A stretch of DNA of 64,000 bases from a virus, in the IMG/VR virus record IMGVR_UViG_3300027708_000023. The stretch is one strand, 5' to 3'. Made by a program: the position numbers and the translations under genes. Positions 20,874 through 31,460 of this stretch are shown piece after piece; the stretch's first letter is position 1, and each line of letters begins with the position of its first letter. Below the pieces are notes generated by a model, which searched no databases, was not told where the DNA came from, and saw only the letters and a program-made list of their open reading frames with translations.

Positions 20874-21776
20874 GTCAAATCCACAGATCGGCCGCGTTCT
20901 TCACAACGGCCTTTTCTTTGACAGACCCGACATTTTTGATCACGATCTCTTTGGTTCCCTTGAACTCTACCGTACCGTTAGAGTGCATCACCAGATAGGC
21001 CTCTCTGCCGTTCTTTCCCTTGAAGAAGTACAGAAGTTCACCCTCGTCTTCAAAGTCGCTTCGTGTCCACTGTCCAGTCATTTTCGCTTTTCCTCTACAA
21101 CTTGATAGAAACGCCCGTTAACGCTAATTGTACCACCAAACACGTCCCAGGTCAACTCCTCTTTCAAGGCCCGCTTGTGAGCAGCCAGAACAGCCCTGCG
21201 ATCCTGCTTCATCTGTTCCGCTGTCGCATCTGTCGAAATGATTCTCATGACTCGATTTTCTCCAGTTCGCTAAGGTAGGCATCCTTCTCGGTTCCGTCGT
21301 CGTACAAGACCCAGCACCAGACATTGTTTATAGCAGAGTCAAGCTGAATCACGGTTCCTTCGTGTCCGACCAATCCCTGCTTCTCTCCACGCGGCTTCCA
21401 ACGAATACGATCACCAACTGAAATATTGCTCATTGCAGATTTACTCCGTACTTGTGACACTGAAACCTCTCATCCATCTTTTCCGGCTCATCGCACGGTT
21501 CGATCATAATCGAAATACCGTTTGGTGCGGTAAACACATTACGGTAATCGCTATCTTCCCAATCGGGCATATCGTTGCCGACCCCGATCTGATCCATCAC
21601 CAGTGCGTCTGCATGGAACGTGGCCAGATCAAAGCTGCGAAATGCCTTCACATGAACCACTCGGTCATGCTGAACCATCAACACCAGATACATAATCAAC
21701 CTCCTCTTGTGAGCCTTTAGTCTACCATCTATTATCGGCATCGTCAAGGGAGAATCTTGAAAAATTATTTCTAGAC

Positions 21777-21856
21777 GCAAATCCTTTAGAGGTAAGGACT
21801 TACGACAGATTCGGCCGCCCGCCCTTGAGCTAAGTCTTTTAGCAGCAAGGACTTGG
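21777..21856. repeat. 80-bp bipartite dyad element, copy 7
   Basis: Same geometry. Confidence 0.95.
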
Positions 21857-22758
21857 ATAATCTGGTGGGTAAGGTTGTTCTGGTGGCGGTGGTTTTGGTT
21901 GCCCCTCATCTGGCATCCACCAAGGAACGTCAAAATAATCAACATTGCCGGGAGCTTCACCACAATCAATATTATGAATACAAAAAGGATCATTATAGTT
22001 TATCCTATACTTTCCACGCCACACACCAATAGGCTCACCATAATAGATGATCTTTTGTCCATTAATAGGGCGGCGAGGCCCAAAGAAACTAATCCATTCC
22101 ATTTTGCACCTCTTTAGCAAAATTCTCTGCCGCTTCCTCTGTATAAAACCTACCAAGAAGTCCATTACTATTCCATACTGCCCATCTCTTATTTCCATCT
22201 ACAGCGTCACAGTAATATTCATCAATATCACCAATAAATATTTGTGATTCATTCATTTAGTCACCTCAATACTCCACTTAGTTCCCTTCAACTCAGCAAC
22301 CACACACATGTTCAGTTTAACCAGTTCGGCCACAATTTCGGCCAACCGCTCAATCTCGTTAATATTTAGATAGATCATTTCCAACCCTCTGGCATAGGAA
22401 TTCCTTGAAAGCTAGTATAACACACCACTAATGAATTGTCAAATTGTTTCCATTCTGCTGGCCCATCATCATACTCACCGTGCCACCACTCACCCCAACC
22501 ACCAAGCTCTTTATTCCAGGACAGAGTAAAAGGAAAAGAGTAATCTTTAACACAACAGATATAGAATCCATTTATAACAGGATTATTATAATTCCAGTTC
22601 ATTATATATTTCGACAAATTTCTACCCATGTGTCAATCAATTCCTTAGCAGTTATACCATGCTCATCTGCTAAAGTCAATGCCTCTTCCCGATTGGGTTT
22701 ATTTACAGCAGCCGATTGGCTCCTTAAAACCCTCAAAATCTTAATGATCGCCTCGTTT

Positions 22759-22992
22759 TTATTCATACCTATAAAAAGCTTCTCTTTCCTCGTATATATT
22801 TGCTATCGAGATTCTAACTTCAACCCATTCGTCTAGGCTGTCAAAATCTTCAAGGCTTTCGGCCAACTCACTATCCTCATAGCATTCTACGATATACTGA
22901 CCCCAACTCTCATAGTTATCATTAGCAAGTTCTTTTGCTTCAGCAATCAGTTCTGGTGTGACATTCAACATGACATTCTCCTCTTGTGTCAA
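22759..22992 (-). CDS. small acidic hypothetical protein
   Basis: First ORF after promoter 22996-23024; GAGGAG RBS; Asp/Glu-rich. Confidence 0.7.
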   Translation of the reverse strand: MTQEENVMLNVTPELIAEAKELANDNYESWGQYIVECYEDSELAESLEDFDSLDEWVEVRISIANIYEEREAFYRYE

Positions 22993-23054
22993 GCCATTCT
23001 ACACTACTATTATCGACCTGTCAATGGAGTTTTCTTTAGAAGATTCTTTTTGAC

Positions 23055-23134
23055 GTAAAGTTTTGTGGTATAATGAGTTAGAACAAATTCGGCGGGCCGG
23101 TTTTGACGCAAGTCCTTTGTTCACTGGAACTTAC
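23055..23134. repeat. 80-bp bipartite dyad element, copy 8
   Basis: Same geometry. Confidence 0.93.
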
Positions 23135-23139
23135 GTCTC

Positions 23140-24135
23140 ACGGAGAGTATTGTATACCGGTTGTAAATGGATCGACTTGCAATGATATGGGAATCGCACC
23201 CCATACGCCGCTAGGACGTGCTTGTTTTTATCACTACGATAGTTTTACAATAAGTGTCCGGTATCACGCACATTACCAACCACAAGTTACCCTGTGGTAT
23301 CTATCCGACCCCTGTTTATAACCAGCGAACCATTTACGATCCGGTTCTATAATCCACCTAAGACTCGGTATTTAAATGCCCCGAATAGGCAATTACTTAG
23401 TGGAAACCGTCCACGCTGCTTCCTTTGGGTCATGACTCCAACATACACAGAGGCTCAGAGGCGACGGTTACTGGTTGTTCGGTATCCGGCTGTTAGTTCA
23501 GCGATCTTACCCGATGAAAGATAAGACACGGTTTTAGCGCCGTGGTGTTAATTCACTCCATTACCCGATGAAGGATAATACCGGATTGTATTATAACGTG
23601 GTGGGGACGCGATCCCCCATAGATTGGCATTACTATCCAGTGCGTAACCAACACTGTCAGCACCATCGCTGCCGCGACATGCGGTGCTTATCGTAATGAG
23701 TTACCCAACCTAGTCCAAGGCATGGACCCACGGGCTTTGGAACTGAAGCTCCTTTCTCTCATTCTCTCCCAAGTGTGACCGTTGGGTCTCTTGGCGAGTT
23801 CTTTCAGTTCGCTTGTGTTGTGCGGGAGTCACATCTTTATTATCCCGCGTCCCCTCTTCATTAGGTTATGCACAACGACTAACCGTCGCTGCGAGGGTGT
23901 TCACAATCAGATTGGGTTATGCCATACTCGGCCTTGCATTTAACCGTGGCTTCTTTGATATCATTCTGCCAGCGGCCCTCATCTGCTTGTATTGTGCGGG
24001 TGGGTGGTTTCGTCTTTTGGAATAAACCATGAACTTGACCACCTATTTAACTTCCCAGCTCCCATGGTAGCTATTGGGGAGTTGCTCATTGCAACCTTGC
24101 AACCCGCGTCGTATTGTCAATGATCGGCTCGAACT
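23140..24135 (-). ncRNA. candidate ~1-kb ornate structured non-coding RNA
   Basis: Promoter at 24141-24169, no minus-strand ORF >=60 aa, terminal helix TTGCAATGA/TCATTGCAA, many hairpins with G-U pairs and GNRA loops in the minus sense. Confidence 0.8.
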
Positions 24136-24140
24136 CTCGT

Positions 24141-24169
24141 ATTCTACATCTATTATCGTCAATTGTCAA
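24141..24169 (-). promoter_or_regulatory. sigma70-type promoter of the large ncRNA module
   Basis: TTGACA-attgacgataatagatg-TAGAAT. Confidence 0.9.
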
Positions 24170-24208
24170 GCCCTCTCTACAGAAATTCTGAAAAATTTTT
24201 AGATTGAC

Positions 24209-24288
24209 GTAACTCTATAGACCATAAGTACTTATGTCAAGCAGGGCCGCCCGCCCTATCCCTAAGTTGTTTAAGGATAAGGACTTAC
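24209..24288. repeat. 80-bp bipartite dyad element, copy 9
   Basis: Same geometry. Confidence 0.95.
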
Positions 24289-24737
24289 GATTAGTTGTTA
24301 CTAGCCCCAATAGACTCACGAACCCTAACCACCCCATCCCTCTTGGCAATCTCAAGAGCACCACAGATAAAAGCCTGAAACTTATCCAGTTCTGCGGTCA
24401 TAAGCTCAGGATTATAATCAATAGCCTGTATAATCATCTTCATAGCAAAACTAGCCACACGACCAGCAATCAAACCTTTTTCTTCACTTGTCAGCATAAT
24501 TTTCTCCTTACTCCAAGTATACTCTATTAAAGACTCTTTGTCAACCCCTGACTATGTGCTGACTATGCCCACCCAGCCCAACCCCGTAGGGTTAGGAGGG
24601 ACAAACACGAGAGATTCTTTCAAGCATCAAATTCTTCCCGTATAGCTTTTCAGCCATAGACAACGCATGATAAGAACTGTACGCATGAACATAGCCTACA
24701 ATCTTAGTACCCTTCATGACCATGTATGTATCGGTAA

Positions 24738-25028
24738 TCATACTTCTTCCTCCTCTGAGCCAGCAAACATTTCTTCCCAATCTTGAGCATCAAGCCCTGT
24801 TTTCAGAATCTCACGATCATCAGCACCAAGATACGGGAAGCAATTCTGAATCAAACCACCATTCAGCCACTCATTGGCATCACTGAGTTTGGTTGAGATA
24901 CAGAACGGACGACCACCAACACTGTAGCCGCTGAACCTAACAATATCACCTTCCACAGTGCGAGTCACGACATCTCTCAGAGCATACGGCTTATCTATAA
25001 ACATCTTTTTCTCCTTTTGATTCCCCAT
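24738..25028 (-). CDS. hypothetical phage protein
   Basis: LIQNCFPYL...REIL.TG segment; probable start MFIDK behind AAGGAG. Confidence 0.7.
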   Translation of the reverse strand: MGNQKEKKMFIDKPYALRDVVTRTVEGDIVRFSGYSVGGRPFCISTKLSDANEWLNGGLIQNCFPYLGADDREILKTGLDAQDWEEMFAGSEEEEV

Positions 25029-25087
25029 ATTCTACACTACTATTATCGGCCTGTCAAGAGGAAAAACTTGAGCAATAAAAGATTGTC

Positions 25088-25167
25088 GTAAAGTATTGTG
25101 GCATAAAGACTTACGACGCGCCGGGCGGGCCGACCTCGCCCTAAGTCCTTTGGTGTCAAAGGGTTAG
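25088..25167. repeat. 80-bp bipartite dyad element, copy 10
   Basis: Same geometry. Confidence 0.95.
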
Positions 25168-25202
25168 GGGTTGGTCAGTTAGTAGGCAGAGACTGCTAGT
25201 TT

Positions 25203-25646
25203 TTAGAACAGGTTAGCAAACCCGCTCTTGAACAAAGCACCAGCCAGAAGAGGCTTTCGGCACTTCGTCACTCGCTCTGCGTAGAAATTACGCACCTTAC
25301 CATCCGCAGTTCGACACGTTACCAGATTGGTAGTACGCACAAACTCAGGATCATTGATACGATATCGACTCTTTCGATTCAGTCTCTTAATCTGGTCAGC
25401 AGTCAGCGTCTGCTTGCCGATCACCTTAGCCAGAAAACGCTCATGCGTTCCATGCAAAGGCTGCTCGTAAACAAAGTTGAAAACCTGACCCTCTTGAGCA
25501 TTCGCCAAGCTAGCCTTCGATCCACCATAGACCGAATAGAAGACGAAACCCACAACAGCAGCGGCAACAGCCGCAAGAATCGAACCAAACAGAATCACAT
25601 CACTCATAGAAACCCTTTCAAATTGAAAACCGATCACAACATCCAT
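25203..25646 (-). CDS. membrane-anchored protein, possible WYL/SH3-like domain
   Basis: N-terminal TM helix; C-terminal VRNFYAERV resembles the WYL RxFxxxRI motif (weak). Confidence 0.5.
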   Translation of the reverse strand: MDVVIGFQFERVSMSDVILFGSILAAVAAAVVGFVFYSVYGGSKASLANAQEGQVFNFVYEQPLHGTHERFLAKVIGKQTLTADQIKRLNRKSRYRINDPEFVRTTNLVTCRTADGKVRNFYAERVTKCRKPLLAGALFKSGFANLF

Positions 25647-25677
25647 GCCACAAGTCTACACTAATTATCGTCGTTTG

Positions 25678-25941
25678 TCAAGCACAAACTTTAGAAAAAC
25701 TTTCTGCCCAGTATTCTTCCATTTCTGCCATATTGATACCACTATCATTCCAAGCCACACAATCGGGTGTTTCGAATCGAATAGGGTCTTTGGTAAAAAT
25801 CTCACGAATCAAAATCTTGAAATGATCGTAAGAGGTACACTGCTTTGCCAGACTATACATATTTTCATCATTACTGATCCACAGACAAACATTCCATGTC
25901 TGGTAGTTTTGATAGCCGTTGTAACTTCCATCGGGACTCAT
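25678..25941 (-). CDS. hypothetical phage protein (YNG..NY.TW...LW..ND type)
   Basis: 87 aa, first ORF after promoter 25970-25998. Confidence 0.75.
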   Translation of the reverse strand: MSPDGSYNGYQNYQTWNVCLWISNDENMYSLAKQCTSYDHFKILIREIFTKDPIRFETPDCVAWNDSGINMAEMEEYWAESFSKVCA

Positions 25942-26036
25942 GTTTCACTCTCTCTTTCTCGTATACGTCATTCTACCATATATTATCGGCAAAATCAAGG
26001 GGCAAACTTGAATCTTACGGAATTGTAAGGATTCTC

Positions 26037-26116
26037 GTAAAGTGTTGCAGAGTAAGGACTTACGTCGAACGCGGCCCGCCCCGTCGGCCCTAAGTGCTTG
26101 AACACAAAGGGTTTAC
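26037..26116. repeat. 80-bp bipartite dyad element, copy 11
   Basis: Same geometry. Confidence 0.95.
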
Positions 26117-26132
26117 GACGAGACATTATTTT

Positions 26133-26363
26133 TTACTCAAAATCAACAAAGATGATTTGAGCATAACCGCGAGGCTTAACTGTATAGCCGTCGCCATAGT
26201 CATAGGTCTCGGCCTTGACCGCTGTCATACCGGCCAGAGCCTTAGCTTTACGAACAACGCTACGCTGGCTAGCATTCTTCTTAGGGATGAACTCATAACG
26301 ATTCACCCAACCATAGTTAGCTTCACCACCAAAAGTATCCGTATGGGTAACAACGCACTTCAT
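26133..26363 (-). CDS. hypothetical phage protein (TDTFGGEANY.WV type)
   Basis: 76 aa, AAGGA RBS. Confidence 0.75.
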   Translation of the reverse strand: MKCVVTHTDTFGGEANYGWVNRYEFIPKKNASQRSVVRKAKALAGMTAVKAETYDYGDGYTVKPRGYAQIIFVDFE

Positions 26364-26764
26364 TTAACAAGTTCCTTTGCTTTCATGGTTTCAAGATACA
26401 ACTGTTCCAACATCTTCACACGACTTACTGCACGATTCGTCTCACGATTCATGAGTATAACAGCTTTTTCGTGTGCTGTCAATACCTTCTTTTTGGTTTT
26501 CATTTTTGATACTCCTAGCCAAACATCTCATACTCTTCATCGGTCAATGCTACCTCATCGGGACGATAGCAGTTATTGCCATACAAATCGCGATTCTTAG
26601 GACGCTTTTCCCATTCATCCATGAATCGGTTGTATTCTTCAAGACGCTTTTCTTCTTCACTTTTCATTCTTCGCTCTCTCTTTCTCTACTCTATTATCGA
26701 CAAGTATAGCATAGAAACTTTAGGTGTCAAGCGGGTAGTTTCCTTGCAATACTGTAAGGTTATC

Positions 26765-26844
26765 GTAAAGCATTGCAACATAAAGACTTATGACAAATGC
26801 GGCCCGCCCCGCCAGCCCTAAGTGCTTATGCACAAAGGGTTTAG
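26765..26844. repeat. 80-bp bipartite dyad element, copy 12
   Basis: Same geometry. Confidence 0.95.
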
Positions 26845-26853
26845 GGGTAGTGC

Positions 26854-27252
26854 TTAGAATTTTCCTCCAAAATCTGGACTAATTCCAAGTTGCTGCTGAA
26901 CATCCTCGTCGTCCAGAATATCTTGGTCGATCATAAAATCCATGTCATCAAAGAACACTTCGATTTCTGGTTTTCCGTCATATGCGAGAATAGCAGCAAA
27001 ATCATAGATCATAAAGTAGGCCGTAGCTTGTACCCATGATTCTACAAGCCCAGAATGTAACTCAATAGTATCTCTATTAAGATAAACATACTCTATTGCA
27101 GAACACTTGGTACTCTCATTCATTTCATCCCACACGGGAATTTCTTGATTATGCTTATTCAGTTCTTCATCCAGCACACCATCTTCCCGCCACTGTACAT
27201 AATTTTCGTATGTGGCCTCGATAATACCCGTCGCAATCTTTCGATACTGCAT
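26854..27252 (-). CDS. acidic hypothetical protein
   Basis: 132 aa, GAAAGGA RBS. Confidence 0.75.
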   Translation of the reverse strand: MQYRKIATGIIEATYENYVQWREDGVLDEELNKHNQEIPVWDEMNESTKCSAIEYVYLNRDTIELHSGLVESWVQATAYFMIYDFAAILAYDGKPEIEVFFDDMDFMIDQDILDDEDVQQQLGISPDFGGKF

Positions 27253-27269
27253 TATACATTTCCTTTCAA

Positions 27270-27503
27270 TTAGTCGTTATATGGCCCATCTTCATTGTAA
27301 TCCACAAATCCCACAGCCTCATCGGCATGGAAATCTTCCTGATAGTCTAAATCTTCCCCATAGCAACCGTAATCCTCATCGGTTCCCCATCCAGCGGAAG
27401 CCAACGCAGACTCAGCATCACCATCCATACTATCATCAAACGAATCATTCTCAAATTCTCCAACGGTATCATCTTCCTCGAAATCGTCGTATTCGTAGCT
27501 CAT
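27270..27503 (-). CDS. extremely acidic small protein
   Basis: 77 aa with DGDAESALASAGWGTDEDYG; no Lys or Arg. Confidence 0.75.
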   Translation of the reverse strand: MSYEYDDFEEDDTVGEFENDSFDDSMDGDAESALASAGWGTDEDYGCYGEDLDYQEDFHADEAVGFVDYNEDGPYND

Positions 27504-27852
27504 GATCAGTCCCTCACGATGGTAGTAATGTAAAACAAACCGATATAACCCACAACAAAAGCAATTGCACTAAGCATTAGTATACTCCTCGGGAACAAAT
27601 TCGTCAACAGCACCCACAACGTCGGCCCAATCCCAAAAGTTGACTTCCACACTGGGATCGTCAATTGGCTCGACCATCGGCTCGACAATACCCGCTTCGG
27701 CCATATCGTTCAGAATATCGTTGATCTCGTCGAAGTTCAGCATGATTCTGGTTCCTGTGGTTTCCGTTCGTGATGCTGGTATTCTACACTTATTATCGAC
27801 CCATTGCAAGCCCTAGCGTAAAAGTTTTTCCTTGCAATCTCGTAAGGTTGTT

Positions 27853-27932
27853 GTAAAGTGTTGCAGCATAAGCACTTACGCTTCGCGGGGCGGGCCGCGC
27901 TCGACGTAAGTCCTTACAGATGAAGGAGATAC
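27853..27932. repeat. 80-bp bipartite dyad element, copy 13
   Basis: Same geometry. Confidence 0.93.
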
Positions 27933-29229
27933 GTCAAGCCACATCCTAGAATGAAACACAACCCAAATAGAATATAATCACTGATTTTCATCATTTTCCT
28001 CCATATACATGATATTTGACATACTAGCATACAGAATAATACCAACAATATACCCAAAAGCCACACTAATAAAATCAAATTGATACATCCCTGTATCTCC
28101 ATTTTGGTTTAAGTGGTCAATCCCCGTATCCTACCCAGAAATCATCACCCTCATCATTCTTCATAAGAGTATAACCCCTAGACTTCATATTCTCATACTC
28201 GTTGATTCTCTGCCAGACTTCACAGAAAGTTTCCATAACTTTAAGGAAAGCCCCCATAACCCACACAAAAGGATATTCAATCATTCTCATAGTCAAGCCT
28301 CCACAGTGTTGGCAACATGGGTCATATTCTCACACTGGTCAAGATAGCACGAACGATATTCGGTCAGACCAATTTTCACAATCATCATCTTACCCTTGGG
28401 CTTGTCAAGAACCCTACGAACTTCACCACGGTAATTCTCACCCTTATAATCAAACTCGACCCAATCATACCGCTTAATATAGTCCATCATACATTCCTCT
28501 TGGTTACTGGTCATCTTCTCTATACCTATTATCGACATTCTACACTGCAAAACTTTAGTTGTCAACCTTACAAGACCCACAGGTTCCGCTGACTATGCTG
28601 ACTATATCCAAACCACCCAAACCCGTAGGGTTAGCTGAGACTCTCAATTTCCTTTATTTCTGCTCAGAGCAGCATGGCACACTATCTGATCAAGCGTATA
28701 CCATTCACCATCACCGTATCGGCCAGAAAGCCGAATCTTCAGATTCTTTCCGATAATTTGCTGGACAATACCATACCCGTCAACCACCTGAACCACATCG
28801 CCAACCATAATCTTTTGCATCTTTTTCCTCTTTTGAGTATTCTATCGAACTTTTCTGCCGTCGTCAACCCCTCTTATGCGGGGGTAGGTTGCGACCGATA
28901 ATACTTCGCCCACAGTTCATTCATCACGAACTGGACAACACGATCATGAGTACCACGACAAACGTAGTATCCCATGTGAATGTCGAACAGAGCAAACGTT
29001 CCATCCTCTTTCGGATGAAACGTAAACCCACACTTGTAGGCATACCCATTGATCTTACCCTTGACGGTCGAAACTTTCGGAGGCTTTCTCATTTTCATTT
29101 TCTCTCTTTCTTGTCTTACCATTATACATCTATTATCGTCATTTGTCAATAGGGTAGACCAGAAAAAGTTTCCTTGCAATGCTGTAAGGTATTTCTAACA
29201 TGATTTGGTACAGCATTTGCTATGGTGTC

Positions 29230-29309
29230 GTAAGTCGTTGTGGAATAAGCACTTACGTCAAGCGGGGCCGGCCCGCCTTGCCCTAAGTCCTTTAGCAGCA
29301 AGGCTTTAC
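29230..29309. repeat. 80-bp bipartite dyad element, copy 14
   Basis: Same geometry. Confidence 0.95.
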
Positions 29310-29447
29310 GTCAAGTTTTTCTTTTCCTGTATATCCGTTCAGTACCCACCCAAACGGGGAGGTAGAGCTTAGGGTACAGCTGTACATACTTACTCTTTAC
29401 ATAACGCTCAGCCTCTAGTGTAACGTCGTATACTAGTGTACAGTCGT

Positions 29448-29876
29448 TCATTCTTCCCCCTTGAAGCTGAACGGGCTGATTTCCAGATGAGCAACCGCCC
29501 CATACTGCTTGGTTAGTTCCTCGATACGCTCACGCGAACCCGGCTTGCCAACCGGAACGATCATGGTATCCTGTCCCCCCACATAGCGGGGGTCGGCCTT
29601 TTCCTTGCGAGTCTTGCCGATATTCTTCAAGGCAGTACGATTGAACTTGAGAACCTTTTCGGTCACAACGTAACGCTTGTGGTCAGTCACACCGTGAACG
29701 TAGTCAACGTCGATGATAAACTGCTCATCGGCTACTTCGTGGCGAACGGGAATCGCGATACCCTTGAAGATCGCACGGGCTTGACGCTTGGCATTTTCGA
29801 TGATGGGGAACTTGGTTTTCATTGTCTTTTCTCTCTTAGGGTCTATCGTTCTCTTGTGTGTGGATTCTATCAACAA
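29448..29876 (-). CDS. hypothetical phage protein
   Basis: Probable start MKTKF behind GAGAGAAA; GC-richer codon usage. Confidence 0.7.
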   Translation of the reverse strand: MLIESTHKRTIDPKREKTMKTKFPIIENAKRQARAIFKGIAIPVRHEVADEQFIIDVDYVHGVTDHKRYVVTEKVLKFNRTALKNIGKTRKEKADPRYVGGQDTMIVPVGKPGSRERIEELTKQYGAVAHLEISPFSFKGEE

Positions 29877-30501
29877 TTCTTTTGCCTATCAACCCCCACT
29901 ATGGGTGGGTCGATAAGTCCAGGGGTGTCCGTAGGCATCCACTGCGGGCGAAAGCTCATGGTCTGCACAGTCATGGAGATTTCCACCTTCTGTACGCACT
30001 ACCCACACATTGCCCTCATCATAGTAGTAGGAAACAATCTTTCCAACAATCTGTTTCTCGAATCCCTTGAGCATCACACTATCACCAATTTCGTACATTC
30101 TTTTCTCTCTTTCTTGTGTGTTCATTATACCAAAATGATTTTATGTTGTCAACCTTACAATGTCGTAAGGCTCACCATCCATTTTGACGATAGGTTTCGT
30201 TCAATGATTCGTTTTCACGACGTTGCCTACTATTCATAGGTTCATCACCAACTTCCCAATTATCCTTTAACGCATCATATCCATCATCAGAATTCTTACG
30301 AACATCATCGAAATCATCATAATCATACCGTGTGTCAGAATAACTCATTTTCTTTCCTCTTTCTTTTTCTTTCTTCTCTATCTATTATACGCTATGAATA
30401 GGAAAAGGTTCAAGAGAAATCCGGATATTTTTATGTCAAGAGAATTTGACAAAACTTTTCGTCATTTTCTTTCTCATTGGCATACCATTTGCTAAGTCGT
30501 C

Positions 30502-30581
30502 GTAAAGTCTTACTGGGTAAGCACTTACGTCGCGCCCGGCCCGCCCGCCTTGCCCTAAGTCGTTTAGGGACAAGGACTTAC
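30502..30581. repeat. 80-bp bipartite dyad element, copy 15
   Basis: Same geometry. Confidence 0.95.
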
Positions 30582-30819
30582 GTTCAGTGTTGCTTATTTA
30601 TCCTGCGATTCGCAAAAACCAGCAATGCCAAGCAACCAATGCCTAGTGTACAGCTGAGTACTGAACATCCGAACAGTGTAGCATAGAATTCAGCATATCC
30701 TACAGTAGTAGGCTCACAGTTAGGATGTCCCAAGCCGATAGCCTGCATTACGACAACAAGCAAACAAATCGAAACGCTCCACAACATCGTAAAGGTAAAA
30801 ACGTTCATTTTTTTCTTTC

Positions 30820-31152
30820 TTAGTAAATAAGGTTCATATCGGCCACAACCATACCATCTTCATACTCTAGGCCACATTCCAGATACCATTGTCCCTTGCG
30901 TTGATACACACGCACGGGCGAATACTGATTGATTCTATCCTTAGTGGTACTCGTATGCCAACCCCCACTATTGAGGGTAGCACTATTGTCGGGATGAATC
31001 TTTACCACATAGGTACTATGCAGCATGATCCCTACGCTACCATCAGGAAGAATTTCCGCATAGGTATTGTTGCCAACCTTGCGAGTATCCTTATTAGTCT
31101 TACCACGAACCATCTTCACTGCTTCACTGTGTGTCATGCGAGAACCTTTCAA
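30820..31152 (-). CDS. hypothetical phage protein (NNT...L.SGGW.T.TTK.R.N type)
   Basis: 110 aa ORF with GAAAGG RBS. Confidence 0.75.
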   Translation of the reverse strand: MKGSRMTHSEAVKMVRGKTNKDTRKVGNNTYAEILPDGSVGIMLHSTYVVKIHPDNSATLNSGGWHTSTTKDRINQYSPVRVYQRKGQWYLECGLEYEDGMVVADMNLIY

Positions 31153-31379
31153 TAGTTGTAGTCGTCGTAGTCGTGGAGCATGGAATGGATAGCATTACCC
31201 ACCTCATGCACGGTATAGGTAATGAAAGCACAACCAGCAATCAAGGCAAACAGTTGAACATAGTCGATAATCGTCAGCATTAGGATCTCTCTTTCTTGTG
31301 TTGTTATTCTACATCTATTATCGACCAATGTCAACCCCTAGCAGCAAGAAAAACTTCCTTACAATACCGTAAGCTTTCT

Positions 31380-31459
31380 CTAAGTCTATATGGAATAAGC
31401 ACTTACATAGAGTTCGGCCCGCCACGCTCGCCCTAAGTCCTTATAGGGCAAGGCTTTGC
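31380..31459. repeat. 80-bp bipartite dyad element, copy 16
   Basis: Same geometry. Confidence 0.95.
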
Positions 31460-31460
31460 G

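Noticed and set aside
23103-24025. Plus-strand ORFs 23103-23321, 23294-23524 and 23813-24025
   Set aside because: Antisense to the regional transcription direction, non-ATG starts, no RBS; better explained by the structured RNA.
23140-24135. tmRNA, RNase P RNA or group I/II intron identity for the large RNA
   Set aside because: No GGGG...CCA alanyl acceptor, no GAGGAAAGUCC RNase P motif, no recognisable group II domain V, and it does not interrupt a gene. Checked by eye only.
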